In this document: piece after piece, positions 37,009 to 50,329 of the stretch
Numbering within the stretch: position 1 is the first letter of the stretch
How the letters are laid out: every line of letters begins with the position of its first letter
DNA from: Phoronis australis
Taxonomy: Eukaryota > Animalia > Phoronida
Length of the DNA: 64,000 nt
Reading direction: 5' to 3'
NCBI GenBank assembly: GCA_002633005.1
Contig: NMRA01000061.1
Span: 262,957-326,956, forward strand
The notes under the pieces: generated by a model
The model's database searches: none
Told to the model about the DNA's origin: nothing
Seen by the model: only the letters and a program-made list of their open reading frames with translations
Made by a program: the position numbers and the translations under genes

Positions 37009-39676
37009 TTAAGATAAATACACGCATGCTCTCACAGTCAATTGCTTGAAGTCGCTTGATGTCAAAGGTCACGTTTTTCACATAAGGGAAATGTGCTGCG
37101 TCTATGTTTTAGCATGCAAATAAGTAAACGTGTTTTTCCTTATGGGAGAAAAATCAACAAAATTTGAAAGTAAAGGAAGATACTTTGATATCAAGAGAAA
37201 TTAAAAATCTTTACGAACAAGCTCTAAAAGCACTTGGTGAGCAGGTTGGGTTCTGTTCCAGTGGCAGAGAACCACTTTCATTATTCAAATTTAATCTGTT
37301 TATCACGTTCTATTAGCCAAAATGAAGCCCAGCGAGTTTCCTTCAAGTAACTTATCTACGATCAGTGTAACCACAATTACATCATGGTTTTTAGTCTAGT
37401 TTAATATAAACAACATTTAAGATGAAATCCTAAAAGGTGCCGATATTGCATCTACTTAAGAAAAAACAGCTTCACTAGTAATTTTCGTCTCTTTTACTAT
37501 AAGATTGAAATATTGGGACCCTGCATTTGACCAAAATGAACAATTCAGAGTTTAAATTAAAACTTCAATTACCTTGTAAATGTTAATCAATATTCAATTT
37601 CTGTTTTTTGCATGTCTCAATGAACATGGAATACAACTTTGTCCTCGATATTATTTATATTTTCACGGGGCTAACCCACTATGTATCATAAACGTTACTC
37701 AGTGTCTGAGAGCAACTGTCATTTTTCCTTAAACGTGAGGCCAGGGGGAAAATGTTAACAGACGACAGGACAGAAGTTGACAATGATGAAATTTTCTGTT
37801 GAATAGGCACCCGTTTGACTCTGCTTGCGATGAGGTGAGCATCTCTGGTAAAGTCGACGAAAACTACTGAATTCAGGATTGAGGCAAGATTTTGTCCTTC
37901 ATTTCTTTATTATTTGCCTTACAATGCCTAACGTATCACAGTGTCTTTGATAAAATATTACTACTCTTCTCATACTCATTCAGCTGAACCAGCTTGAAAA
38001 CCTAAATTCATCACTTCTTTAATATAACCAACAAGACGGTCCGGGTCCCTGTAATCAAAGGCAGTTTCATATTCTACCACTAGGTAGCGGTGTAATTTTT
38101 ATAGTTTATTTTTATTGTTGTTTTAATCTATTTCCACATTCAATGTGACTAACAGCGTTTAAATGTATCAACTGAAATGCCATTGCACACTCTAAAATTC
38201 AACATTTTGTCATTTTCACGGCAAATGGCAAATTACACAATAATGTGCAACTTTTAAAGCGGTATCTTCTGTACATTTGAAAAGGGCACATACGAATAAG
38301 ATTACTCTGTGAAGGTGACCCCCGAAACCCTTGTTTAAAACTCCTAACAGCTCAAGGCTCACTAACTACGCCTGTAACGAAGAACTGTTGTGATATCTCC
38401 AAACTTTCTAGCCTTCAGGGAACGCAGCCCTTTAATTCTATTGACAGTGGCATCATCAAAACGCCAGATGGCGCTCGTTTCCAATCACAAACTTGAACGA
38501 GATCTCGAAATTCTACTCGATACTCAGAGGATGTGGCGTGACTGCTATGGCCGTTGTAGTTTGAGCCTATGTCGTGGACTGAGTTCAGAGATTACGAGCT
38601 GGCCCCGGTTGACTCTCCATAGAGTCAAAGTAAAAAATAGTCCTCGCAAAAACACGCGGGGTCAGATTGGGGTATTGACCTGATGTAAACTTGTTTCGTC
38701 CTACATCACCGTACGTCGGCTCTATCTACGACTTCCCGTCTTAAGTGTCTGCTATATCACTTTCTAATCCGTTTCCTAATTCCAGTTGTGCTGAGACCGC
38801 AAGGTAAACGGATCCATTGCTATATTTAGCAAGCAGTTAACTTCGGTTGCAAGGTGAACAATCTCTTTGAGCGAATTACGAGTGGAAATTAGACAAGGCG
38901 TTGGTACGTTACGATCGCTAATTGATATTGATATTACAATAACGAAATAAGTTAATAAAGTCTTTCTATTTATCCTATCACAGAAAATTGTGTTTTACTG
39001 GTTCACACTCTCATTAGTTTTAATTGACCTTATTTCAGCAAATTAACCAAAACAATAGCCTCATTTATTCTTTCTCATCTATGCGCTGTGGCGAACCAAT
39101 CAGAGCACAGAGAGAACGAAGACGTAGATGGCATCCAGTACAAAGATAACGAATTTCCATGTGCAAGCGTGAAAGCCAAAACAGAATGGACATGACAAAC
39201 CGCAGGTCCGTAGCCAGCATTGAGCATGGGGTGGTTCGAATTTCTAGAACGGTGTACCTTTGATATTTTGCAAACGTCGACACTGTAGTTTTCGATAAGG
39301 CCCTTGACGCAGCTTAATGAGGGGGAAGTGAAATCTGTATACACAACAATGACTCACAACTCTGATGTTCCTGAGATGAGACGGAAATAGAGAAATGAGA
39401 ATGCTGTGACGGTTGCTCACAAGAACGTGACTCAAATTCGGATGTAGTGTGGTCCAGAAAGAAAGCGTTCTCGCGTTACTTCCTGCCAAAATTTCAAATC
39501 AGGCATGCCTAAACTTAGAGTGATTAGCCCCACTACACCTAAGTACATACTCGGAAGGAAATACGAAGTTTAGTCGGAGAATGACTTGACGAAATTTTAT
39601 ATCTGGTTGTATTTTTGCGTGTTACTTAAATTGCTTACATCGCTGGAAATATAGAAACACCCCAATATTTAGAATA

Positions 39677-40387
39677 AGGTTCACTACTTCGAAGGTTCAC
39701 AACTTCGAAGGTTCAACTCTCCGAATATCTGAAATTTTGGAGTTAGGTGTATTTTTTGTACTCTTACATGCAAAAATAAACAATACTTCGATTACTAGAT
39801 GCACTGAGTGGTTTACCTATACCGAAAACAACGCCCGGGTACTAAAAATTAACACTTTGGATTTCATGCGCATGCGAAATTGCCGCATGTCTTACTATAC
39901 GAATACGGAAAAATGAGTAGGTACTTGCATTTTTATAAGAATATGAAGTAGGAATATTGATAAAATATAAGCCACGATACATTCATCAAATCCATGTCAA
40001 GATCGCATCGCAGCACGACTGAAAAGTTAAGTGCCCCTGCTCTTCAACCTCACCCAAGTGAACCACGCGCACGGCAGGGTAGAAACTAAAGGTAGTCAAT
40101 AGCCCACCTTGTCCCTGCCAGTCTTCACGAAGTCAGAGTGTCCCATTAGGTCTTCTTAAATTTAAAACCGGTTGGTCGCCGCATCCCTGCCGACCCGTCC
40201 CCAAGATGTTGTCCAGCACTTGAGAATGAGTCGTGAGCAGACAATCAGAGTTATAATGAATTGTCGGAATTCTGGTTTCGGAATTGTGGAAATTTGAAGG
40301 AATGAATGAAGGTTGCAAACCTTCGAAGTACTGAACCTTTGGAGTAGAGGACTTTCGAAGCAGGGGACTTTCGGAGTAGTGAACCTT
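39677..40387. repeat. Inverted pair of 16-bp tandem arrays (AAGGTTCACTACTYCG)n bounding a putative MITE
   Basis: 3 units at 39677-39725; ~4 reverse units at 40320-40387. Confidence 0.65.
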
Positions 40388-42377
40388 TGGCATAGTGACA
40401 TGTAATCTTGGAAATCTTTTCCATCAAGTTTGTTGCTCGTATGAAGTCTGCCGGGATGTGTACCATTGACACTCATTGACGAGAGAGCACTTTCTTCATT
40501 GACCAAAGTTGAGGTCTAGGCCTAGTACTTTCTCGAATAAAGTGAACATGCAACAATCTTGTTATTGTTGTTCACCTATATCGTATCTTTAACGAATATG
40601 CTAGGACTGGACCTTTTCCGCGAGGAACGGGGTTCGATCGAACCCCCCGAACCCCCCGCCGTGGTTACGGGCCTGCAAACCACACATATTTTTGATATAG
40701 TTACATTTAGATTCAGTCATGAACAAGCACCATAGTCTCTGCTCAAATATTTTATCTTTCCCTGTAAAGCTGGACCATCGCAAATATGGCCGGGGTACGA
40801 TGAAGTCCGGTGGCAACTGACAAAATGGCGACTTTGTCCCACCTTTCTGCTCTCTTTGGAAACGTGCAAGCGGTCAATACCATAGGTGTTTAATATTGAC
40901 TGATCAAGTTGTGCTCAGTGTTACCTAAAAGTAGGTAATTATGTCACTGTGGACGCTCCAGGCGTTAGTACAAAGTTACTCATTTCAAAATACGGCGGAA
41001 TAACATCGAATGAAACATGCATATCAATACACTCAGTTATAATTAACAAATATCATGACTCTGGGGACAATTTATTCAACATTTAGATGTCCATGAAGGC
41101 GGTTCCCTCGAACTTCGGTGGGATTTTGAGGAAGTTACGCGAAACAACATCTGTCGACGATGTCCACGGGACACATATATAAATTCTTCCGGTTATCTTC
41201 ACATCCTATAACTTTTGGAAGAGTCACGGCCAGGCCACGCGCTTCGCTCAGTCTCGCGCTTATTGTTGCCTAACTCGCGTAATGTCATTTGAAATGTCAG
41301 AGATTCGGCTACAATTTAAATATGTTATGTCTCATTAAAATAGTGAAAATTTAGATTTGTAGCAAGCGCCACCTGAAGAACTGTGTATACAATTATGATC
41401 AGGAAAAGAAACAATTTATAAATAAAAGGAGGTTTTCAGTAAAGAAAACAAGTGTGAACATATAAAGAACCCTAGCAGTATTACTCAATCGTTATTTGAC
41501 AGTCAGGAAATAAACAATAATAAAAACTGTGCCTTGTTTTATCCGGGGTAACGATGACATATTACCATACTCATTTGCGTAAAAATAGTCTCGCAAAACG
41601 ATCGGATGGTTTCCGGCACACTGAAAGTCCGGGGTTGTTTGAAACCTCAGTCCTTTCATTCACCGTGTCGCCATAAACGACGATTACATATGGTAGAAAG
41701 ATGCTGGGGAAAACGAAGACAAAGCGTAGTTTTGATCCCGAGAATTGTGTGTCTGCATGCATAGGGATACAACCGTTAAGAACGAATGCTACTAGTCGCC
41801 TCACGCCTCTGTGACTTCGTGTTCTTTTGCGTTGTTTGTGTCGCAGTTGAAAGTGGAGCATGGTTGACTTCTGGTTCTGTTACATACAACGAATGTCATG
41901 TTCAGGGCTGCAAATTCAGATGACATTCCTCGTTAATGTTGAAATAACGAAAGACGCTTTGGGGTGTAGATTGTATTGACCAAAAACAAGTTTTCACCGA
42001 ATAATTATCCGAAGTCCTTGAGATTTTCACGTCGCGACACGGCTAAGTGGATTTCGCTGATATTTTTTATCAATCTCAAAAACAGGAATTTTGATATAAA
42101 GGCCTAATTTTTGCGTAATGTAACAAAGACGAATACGACTTCTATTTTTACAAAAATACCTTAGGTTTTGCAAGTTGATTTGTCATAGAAATCAAACAAA
42201 GAGATTAATCGAAAGTTACTAGTAGCGTTGTCTAGGTAGTGGTGGGTGAAGTTTCCATTAAAGTTTTCGTTATTTTGCTATGAATGTACCATGAATTTTG
42301 ACTTAAAAAGGTGTTGACGTAATAATAATGACACATAAATACAAAACATGTGTTCACGAAAACAACAACGGTTTTAA

Positions 42378-42425
42378 AACTTGACATGTTTCGGTGTCAT
42401 TTATTAAACACCATCCTCAGAAGTC
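42378..42425 (-). ncRNA. Minimal type I hammerhead ribozyme in the Penelope 3' region
   Basis: GACUU CUGAGGA U GGUGUU-UAAUAAAU-GACACC GAAAC AU GUC AAGUU: complete core, three stems, GUC cleavage triplet. Confidence 0.85.
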
Positions 42426-42505
42426 ATAATACAGTGGCCACCTAGCTAAGCCCAGCAACAAGTAATGAAGCACAGATACAGTCAGTTACAGGGAGTGACA
42501 ATGAA

Positions 42506-42985
42506 CTAGACCAACAATGACAACCTGTGGTGTGTCAGTTGCCTATTGATATTGGGCTTGCACCAACTGATATGTAAAGCCTCACGAATTTTAAGCTCCT
42601 TTGTTGTTACTGCCTGGTCTATTATTGCAAAGTCATTGAAAGAGCACTGCTGATAACAATGATTGGAGCTCTGCAGGTGAATATTTACATGTGAATTACT
42701 GTCAGAATTTAGATGTTCCTTGGTCCTGGTTTTCAAATGGCGAACAGTTTCGCCTATATAACTGGAGCCACATCCGGCACAGATAAATGTGTATACTACC
42801 TTGGACGGTAGATCCGGTAGATCCATAGAAATTTTGTCCTTAGGGTTTAAATTCGACAGTTTTAGAGACTTGAATGTTAATACAACTCTTAAGTTCACAC
42901 AGTAATCATTCACCAATCTGTTGAGTTTCCGTTGAGCAATTTTGGCGTAAAACCCAACATAGGGTATTTTAAAGTACCTTGTAGT
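42506..42985 (-). pseudogene. Penelope-like retroelement 3' fragment with GIY-YIG endonuclease
   Basis: YFKIPYVG..; KVVYTFICAGCGSSYIGETVRHLKTRTKEH; LKIREALHI...KPNINRQ. Confidence 0.88.
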
Positions 42986-44741
42986 TAGTTTTGTCTACGG
43001 GATGAACATCATCAGGGTTACGTTGGAGTCTTGCTTTCAGTACCCTATTGACTAATTCTAGGGGAGCCATTCTTTTGCAAATTCGTTGTAAGTTCTTTGA
43101 TATTAGAATCAAACCCCCCTCCCGACCTCCCCCCATTCGGTGCTACGCGCATCTACAATCGTGTTTTGCGCAAATGCTTACAGCCGGACAAAATGTTGCC
43201 CCCCCTTGTGATATCCTAAATCCGCCACTGAGCGAGAGCGTGAGCTGTGCGACCTTCAGAATCCCATGGTTCGCGTTCGCGTTTAGCGTGTATCCTCACT
43301 TTGCGGTTATGATCGTGCGCAGTGAAAAAGTTAACGGCGGCCAAAAAGTGGAGTCGCAATTCCTCGCCAAAGTCGTCTTAATATCAGCATGCTTCATCCA
43401 AGGAGTATGTATAGAACCAGAAAGGATCCCTGAAAAAATAATCGCTGTTTAAGTGACATTTTAAGTCTGCCTCTTATTCGGTGACCAGATTTGGACTACC
43501 GCCCGTATAAAGTACATAAAAATCAGTGAGCTAGTGCCGAGAATTGGGACGGTATTCTAGCGGCCCTAGACACAAGCTAGCAGATCGCGAGGAGCTACAT
43601 GTTGCTTAACACAGAACTGAGTTTAAGTTTTCCAAACGATGGCAATGTTCATGTGAGTACAACCCTACTTGAGTCAAATCTTTGGAATGTTCTAGCACGA
43701 GGGACTTCGTCTTTCCTGTGACAGAACACGGCTGTACATATCGAAGTTTAGTAGTGCCAAAGATACTATATCCACCGGACGGCCCACTGCAGTCATCCGT
43801 TTTTGTTATGTTGTATGAGCGCCCTCCAGAAGGTGGCGCTACGTGTAACGCTGTGACATATTTAGGTCATAAGTCGGAAATCTTAGTAGTATAAAATCTT
43901 TGGTAGTGCTAAGCACTAGTTTACGATAGGTGGCGCTAGAGTACGTTATTGTCTTGGAAATAACATGACCAACCGAATCTCCTAAAAATTTTAACTTTTC
44001 TCTTTTTGTCCAAAGTCACGATTTTATAGGCACATTTTGATAAATAATGAAACAACTGCATATATCAAGGTATGTTTTAACAATTTCAGTAAAATATGAC
44101 TTAAATGCACAAATGAATGTAAGTAACATAAACGCCGCTTAAATTTAAGAATATCTGTACAAGCTTTAAAAGTCGCCACTCCTACTCGGGCTTAAAATTA
44201 AGCACAAGTGTACGTATTATAAATCCCGCTTATATTTAAGCGTATCTGTCCAACTTCTAAAATCGCCTGGCTTACATCTAAGCACTTTTGTACAGATTTT
44301 AGATCCCGCTATTCTTTTCACGAACAAAATATACTATATAGTTATATATAAATTTAAAACTACAAATCATTGTACCAAAATCAAAGCAAGGCCATTTTCA
44401 CAACGCAACTGGTATCGCAAATTTGTCCATGCTATGATACGATTATGTTCATCTTGCTACAATGAGAGTACATAGCCATTATTAATTCAAGCAATGTTTC
44501 TAGAGTAAAACGAGTTTGATAGGATTGTGCAATTAGAAGTATTTGTATATTTGCATATACGCAATATATTGACAGGGCATGCACCTTTAAACAAAATTAT
44601 ATAATAATAACATATATAATTATTACTACCACATCACTTCCTGGAAATGAGTTGTTCACAATTTCTCAGGAAGTAACAGTTATGGGTATTTTATTCTTTT
44701 GCTTAAGTGAGTTTTTATTAATTATTTTTCAGAAATATTCA

Positions 44742-45049
44742 TATGAAGCGTAAGACCAACGTTCTATCTCCAACCAGATACTGTAATCATGTCTCCTTGA
44801 AAACACAATTTTGACTTCAGTGTGTGGTTTCTTATAATGCGGTACCTTATTAATAACTAAGACAGTTAAATCGCTACAACGAGATAAGTAAACCGTCATA
44901 GTTAATCAGACATGATAATGAGGTAGTTACAAGAAGATAGCAAATTGCTATAACGAGATAGATAAGTCGTTATAACCATACACTTAATTCGTTATAACGA
45001 GATAATCGCCGACATTTTATTTTTCGATTGGCTCTAATGCTCTTCCATA
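44742..45049. mobile_element. IS3EU-like non-autonomous element with TCGTTATAACGAGATA subrepeats
   Basis: Ends TATGAAGCGTAAGACCAA / TTGGCTCTAATGCTCTTCCATA; repeated (T)CG.TATAACGAGATA. Confidence 0.5.
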
Positions 45050-45132
45050 AGATCGAGAACCAAAGGCTACATTTTAACGTACAGCGCAAAATTGTTTTTC
45101 TATGAGGGACATAGATTTGCTGCACTATGTTT

Positions 45133-45330
45133 GTATGTATGTATGTATGTATGTATGTATGTATGTATGTATGTATGTATGTATGTATGTATGTATGTAT
45201 GTATGTATGTATGTATTTATGTATGTATGTATGCGTGAATATCTGTGTGTGTGTATGTATGTATACATGAATGTGTGTTCGTGTGTGTATGTATGTATGT
45301 GTGTGAGTTTGTATGTATGTATGTATGTAT
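45133..45330. repeat. (TATG)n microsatellite decaying into TG/TA
   Basis: Direct reading. Confidence 0.97.
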
Positions 45331-47735
45331 AGAAGCGTGAGTGTGTTCTTACAGGTTTGCATACATGTGTGTTTTTATGTTTACTTTGTGGAGTCTATAC
45401 TAACAAAATGCATAATTAACTTTATCTACATCTACAGATATCTTTCTGCTACTATTTCTATTCCTTCATCTATCTTTAAAACAATCGATCTCAAATTCCC
45501 AATTAGCCTAATTTAAATTTTTGATGAACTACGAAAACATGTCAAGAGAACAATTACTTATTCCGCTAGACGTGACTAACTCCTCCAGGCTTATCAATTT
45601 GTTAGGCACCTTTTGACAGAAAAATGAGTTCGTTGCGTATGAAAGTCTTTTGAAATGTTTATCGCAGAGAGCAAGTTTGCGAGACGCACAGCAGGTTTAT
45701 TAACCCAAGCCTTGATGTTTTACAACGTAAAATTCATTTTACGAGGCATCTTCTAAGACTCACTTTTACACAGATAAAAGAAAAGAACGTGTTTATTGGT
45801 TGTTGCTGCGATGTCGTGTAATTGACTGGAAAAGATAATTTGACACAGAACATTCTTTGAAGTTTCTTCTGCCACCAGCTCCTTTGGTAATCAAGAAATA
45901 AACGAGACAGCGTAAAAGTAGTTTTTAACATGATTAGGTCAAGTGACGCGTACCAGCACAACATAACCACCAACTTTTGTTTAACAAAAGTTGAACCTAT
46001 ACTTAACCTCAAAATGATCTATTTACACTGATTATCTAAAACCTGTACTATATATGGATTATAGTATACTCAGAAACGATTTTACGGGAGATCATGACGT
46101 AGTGATATAGTCTTGTAATACCAAAACCAAGTTAATAGTTGACATCAGCAAGTTTGTGGTCCAAAGCGTACCATATTAGTTAAATCCTTGTTTTTAACAT
46201 TTCTGATTGTTTCTGAATTGTTTGTAATTAAAACGCTATAATAGAACGCAAGGTAACGGGGATCTTCTGTACGCAGACCAAAGATCAAGATTCGTTTTCA
46301 GATAATGTATAACATGGACAGAGTTCGGTTTAAATTGAATTTCAATCGTCTTATTCGCGCGACCGGGGGTCAGCAACTTGGACCAAGTTGAAACTAAGAT
46401 CGTTTCTTATAGGCGTGCTCGGCGGTGACCCTGAAGCTGTTTAGAGCGCTTTAGTCCACAGGCCCGATAGAAATTGTGCGTTTGAGTCCCCCGATGATTG
46501 GAAAGTGCCCCTGGTGGTCAACAATTCGCGTTTGGTCGTCCACTTGGGTATTTCTGTCTACGCCACCTGCTTGTGCACCGAGGCCCTATTTGTGCGAGGT
46601 ATAAATGGATTTTAAGTCAAAGCTATTCTGATGCATAATCGTCTTCATATTCTGAATGCGAAAACAAACCCGCGTAATTCCGTCGAAACTTCGGTACATT
46701 TCAATTTAGACCACTTGCAGATACAAAATTGGTCTCAACGCGTTTGCTTCTAAGACGGGAAGAGATTTTTGTTCGTTCAAAGTACCCCGATCAGACTACA
46801 TTCGGCGCATAAAATGACAACCCGTGACTTGCTCAGCTAGGTCTCAAACAAAGACTTACTAAAAGTAGCAATTTCATACCAGCTTCATAACGGTATTTAT
46901 AATATACGAGACGGTTTGGGTGCTGTGTGTACCTGCATTCGCTTTTATTGCCAACGTGACATCAGCACGCGCATATCAATCATTTTTAAACGGAGCTTTT
47001 GACAGATCAGGATCTGGTTTAACGACCCCAAAGAAAACGGGTTAACAATCAGCGGGTGGAATAAAACGAGCGTTAACCCGCTATGGCTTTGTTCCAATCA
47101 CTTTCGTCTCTTTGTAAACAGACATTAACGTCGCAGTTTTCGAGTGGATTATAAAAAATCCGAGTCTATTTTTACAACACACCTCGAGGGTTTGTGACTA
47201 ACAGGTGCTTGAGGTTTCACTTAAGAACCGCGTGAAATAAAATGAGAGATTGCCCCAGTGAAATCATAGACTGATGCCTTAAATGTATCAAGACAACAAG
47301 CAAAAAATAATCTCAATCAAATTACGAACACTACAGGAACACAAGTAATAAAACGTTAATAAGTACAATAAACACATTAAACTTAGCTTGTAGTTTTATT
47401 TCCTGGGGATTAGAAAGGTAAAAGCAACGAGTGTTTTTGATCGGATTGAAGGTTGGCAAATTATTCAAATCAATATCCAAATGTAACTAAAAACCTCCGT
47501 TTGAACTCCTCTTTAATGCATCACCTTACAACCGATTTCCCCGACAACTATATCAGTCGAAAGGTCTACTAACGCTTTTTATGAAATACAATGATCATAA
47601 ATGAGTGGCATTTGAACTTTACTGTTTGGTGAAAAACAGAAAATTCCAACAAAAAATTTGATTTTATTCTATTTTACTCAATAAATCTTAAAAAATGTGA
47701 AGCACCTGACTTCTGTAACAAAAATTGGACAGTTC

Positions 47736-47741
47736 TTTATT
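47736..47741 (-). terminator. Candidate polyadenylation signal AATAAA ending a ~2.4-kb 3' UTR of the PTP gene
   Basis: TTTATT on + strand at the edge of a long, repeat-poor region that is U-rich on the minus strand, downstream of the stop codon. Confidence 0.4.
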
Positions 47742-50200
47742 CATTAAACGAAACCTTGGACATGCGACACCTTACTTGCATCAACACTGGGAAATCACGT
47801 GACTACAGCACAGCCACACATGGGAAGAAAAGAACTAATTACACTTTGCAGCAGAGATGCGAATACAAGTGCTCATCTATGTTTTGTAGGCCTACCTTAA
47901 CAACTTATATTCCACATGGTGAAGTCAGTTTCATAACAACCACATCCCAATGCCTTCGAGTACTAAACGAACTGATAATAAGATGTCAAATGCATTTATT
48001 AACAAGATTAAGTAGCAGGAAACACCAACCAGGAGCCGATACAATCCCACTGACCACAAACTCTAACAGTTTCATCTGTACAGTCCCAAGTTTTGTTCAT
48101 AATACATGTATATTAACTTCACAGCAGCAACTGCAAAATCCTCCAAGTCTGATAAACAAGTTTGTTAGTGTCGATAATACATCTTTATCACATTATAGCA
48201 AGACATAAATTGTGTGTCTGTGACCACAATTCAAAAATACTATGGCGTCAATCATATAACATCTCACAGACTGCAAGTTTTAAAACACTTGCACAAATAC
48301 ACGCACATAACCCACTAAATACAAAGTTACAAGAACCTAACTTTACAAAAATGATGTGTCTCATGTCTAAGTCTAAACCTACACTTTGCAATAGAGTTTA
48401 AATCTATTAAACTCAAACTTGCAAGTGTAAGGTTTTGAAGGACAAGCCTCTGCATTCAAATATCTAATACAACCACAAAATTGAACTTAATAAGAAAAGT
48501 ACATATTCTAGGAAAGCAGAATGGCTGTAAAATTTGATTTTTGACTTTTATACTATGCTGCAAATGATTTGGTCAAATGACCACGCCTTTTTAGTAAAAT
48601 TTAGCAAAAACAACAGAATACAATCCTAACAAAACAACTTTTATGACCAAATTTTGTTTGATGCAAATATTAAGAGTGAAATCCCATAAAGGCTCGACCA
48701 GTTTTGTTCATTATCATTCGTTTCTGTTTTAAACAACATTCCACTTTTGCACAAAATTATAAATTAACCTATTATTTTTAAAGCCCCTAATGTAAAAGTG
48801 CATCAATTTAAAACAATTCCCAAAAGCATTTTACAGAACAGTACAAAAAGCGTAGCATCTGAACGTTTTGTATGAATACGATCAGCCATTTCCTAGCTAT
48901 GATGTTGGAAAGTTAGTCAGATTTTGGATATTTTTCCATAGTCCTACATAACCATAAACTCACACTTACTGCGTGTCATTGACGAATACACTCAACCACT
49001 TATGTTACACCAACACCAGAAAAATAAAACATTCCCTACAAGCCACATGGCAAAATCTAACATGTCATTTTAAATGATTTGGAGTACTAACTCTTTGAGA
49101 AAATATGTAAAATGATCTATCATATAATTACACACAAAACTTAACTTTTTAACATTCTGGGGTAAAACGCATTGCACATAACCTTAGTTAAAGCGGTTCA
49201 AAGATACTAAAAATACAAAATGAGCAACATGTTATTGACCACACGCATAATGGGTGACTCAACATTCCCTAGGTGGTGCCCTCTTTTGAACATCTGCGTA
49301 GACTAAGAGCAGAAAGCAGTCTATCCTGGGCTAACGGTCCCACATGATGACCTGAATGCATGCGTTTCCATAGGTGATATCTATGCTGAACTAGCGCCAC
49401 CTAATGAATTTTGAGTCCCCTATTCCACTGCTGAATAAAAGAAAGATGAACAATTCATCTTTCCTGATAAACAAATTATCGAGCAGTCCCCTTTTATGAC
49501 CAGCAAAACAGTTGTCGTGGAAACAGGAGATTGTACATCAGAGCAACTTGACTCGGGCGCAAAATAATTAGGTGGACAAAAACTGATCTGGTGTAACAAG
49601 ACACCCGTGTGAACGCCTTTTGTAAAAGTGCAGCACTGTCAAGTTGTTCCACACCAAATGTTCATGTGGACAGAGATATTGGCAAGATAGTTAATTTACT
49701 TATTAACCACACCCTAAAAGGTTGGTTAATACCAGAGTTTTTCTCCTGCTATACAATAACGGTATAGACAGAGAGTTTTCCTTCTTATCCACTCTGCCTC
49801 TGGTAATGAATTACAGGACATCTGGGTATACAGATGATCTAGGCAAGATGTCTGGAACATGCAGCAGTCCAGAGACAGCTTTAGATTAGCAAATACCGAA
49901 ATTGTTCATTTATCTCACAGCTACAAAATAGTAACCCTGGTAATCTCATTTCCTTCTAAAATTTGAAAACAAACCAGACCAGCAAAGCAATGCAATTAAA
50001 ATTAAATGCATAAAACTTGATCAAAATGACCGTGTCTGCAATAAACGAATTCCACACACGATGAAAACAGTCCATCAGCAGTGAATTAACGATCAGCATT
50101 AAAAATACATGTGGAGATAACGAGTAAAACTTTGACAATGACACCTAGTGTCCAACAAGATATTGAAACAAAGTATTCATACAACAGTAGGCAAAAGGAC

Positions 50201-50329
50201 TCAGATTAATCTCGAGTTCTTTAAATATGTGATGAGCGAGTCGTAGATGAAACTGTACTGCCCGACCGTCTGCACCATGTGCATTCTCTGGTCACGGAGT
50301 GTGCCTAGCACAGCTGGGATGTCAACAGG
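50201..50329 (-). CDS. PTPN21: Terminal coding exon ([24 protein letters not shown])
   Basis: Q-loop and family C-terminus, TGA at 50203-50201. Confidence 0.93.
   Translation of the reverse strand, partial: PVDIPAVLGTLRDQRMHMVQTVGQYSFIYDSLITYLKNSRLI

Noticed and set aside
39677-40387. CRISPR-like short repeats, and ORFs 40133-40506 as genes
   Set aside because: 16-bp tandem subrepeats without spacers; the ORF portions over the array only reflect repeat translation
44970-45516. YIHT/MYVC repeat ORFs
   Set aside because: Translations of the (TATG)n microsatellite
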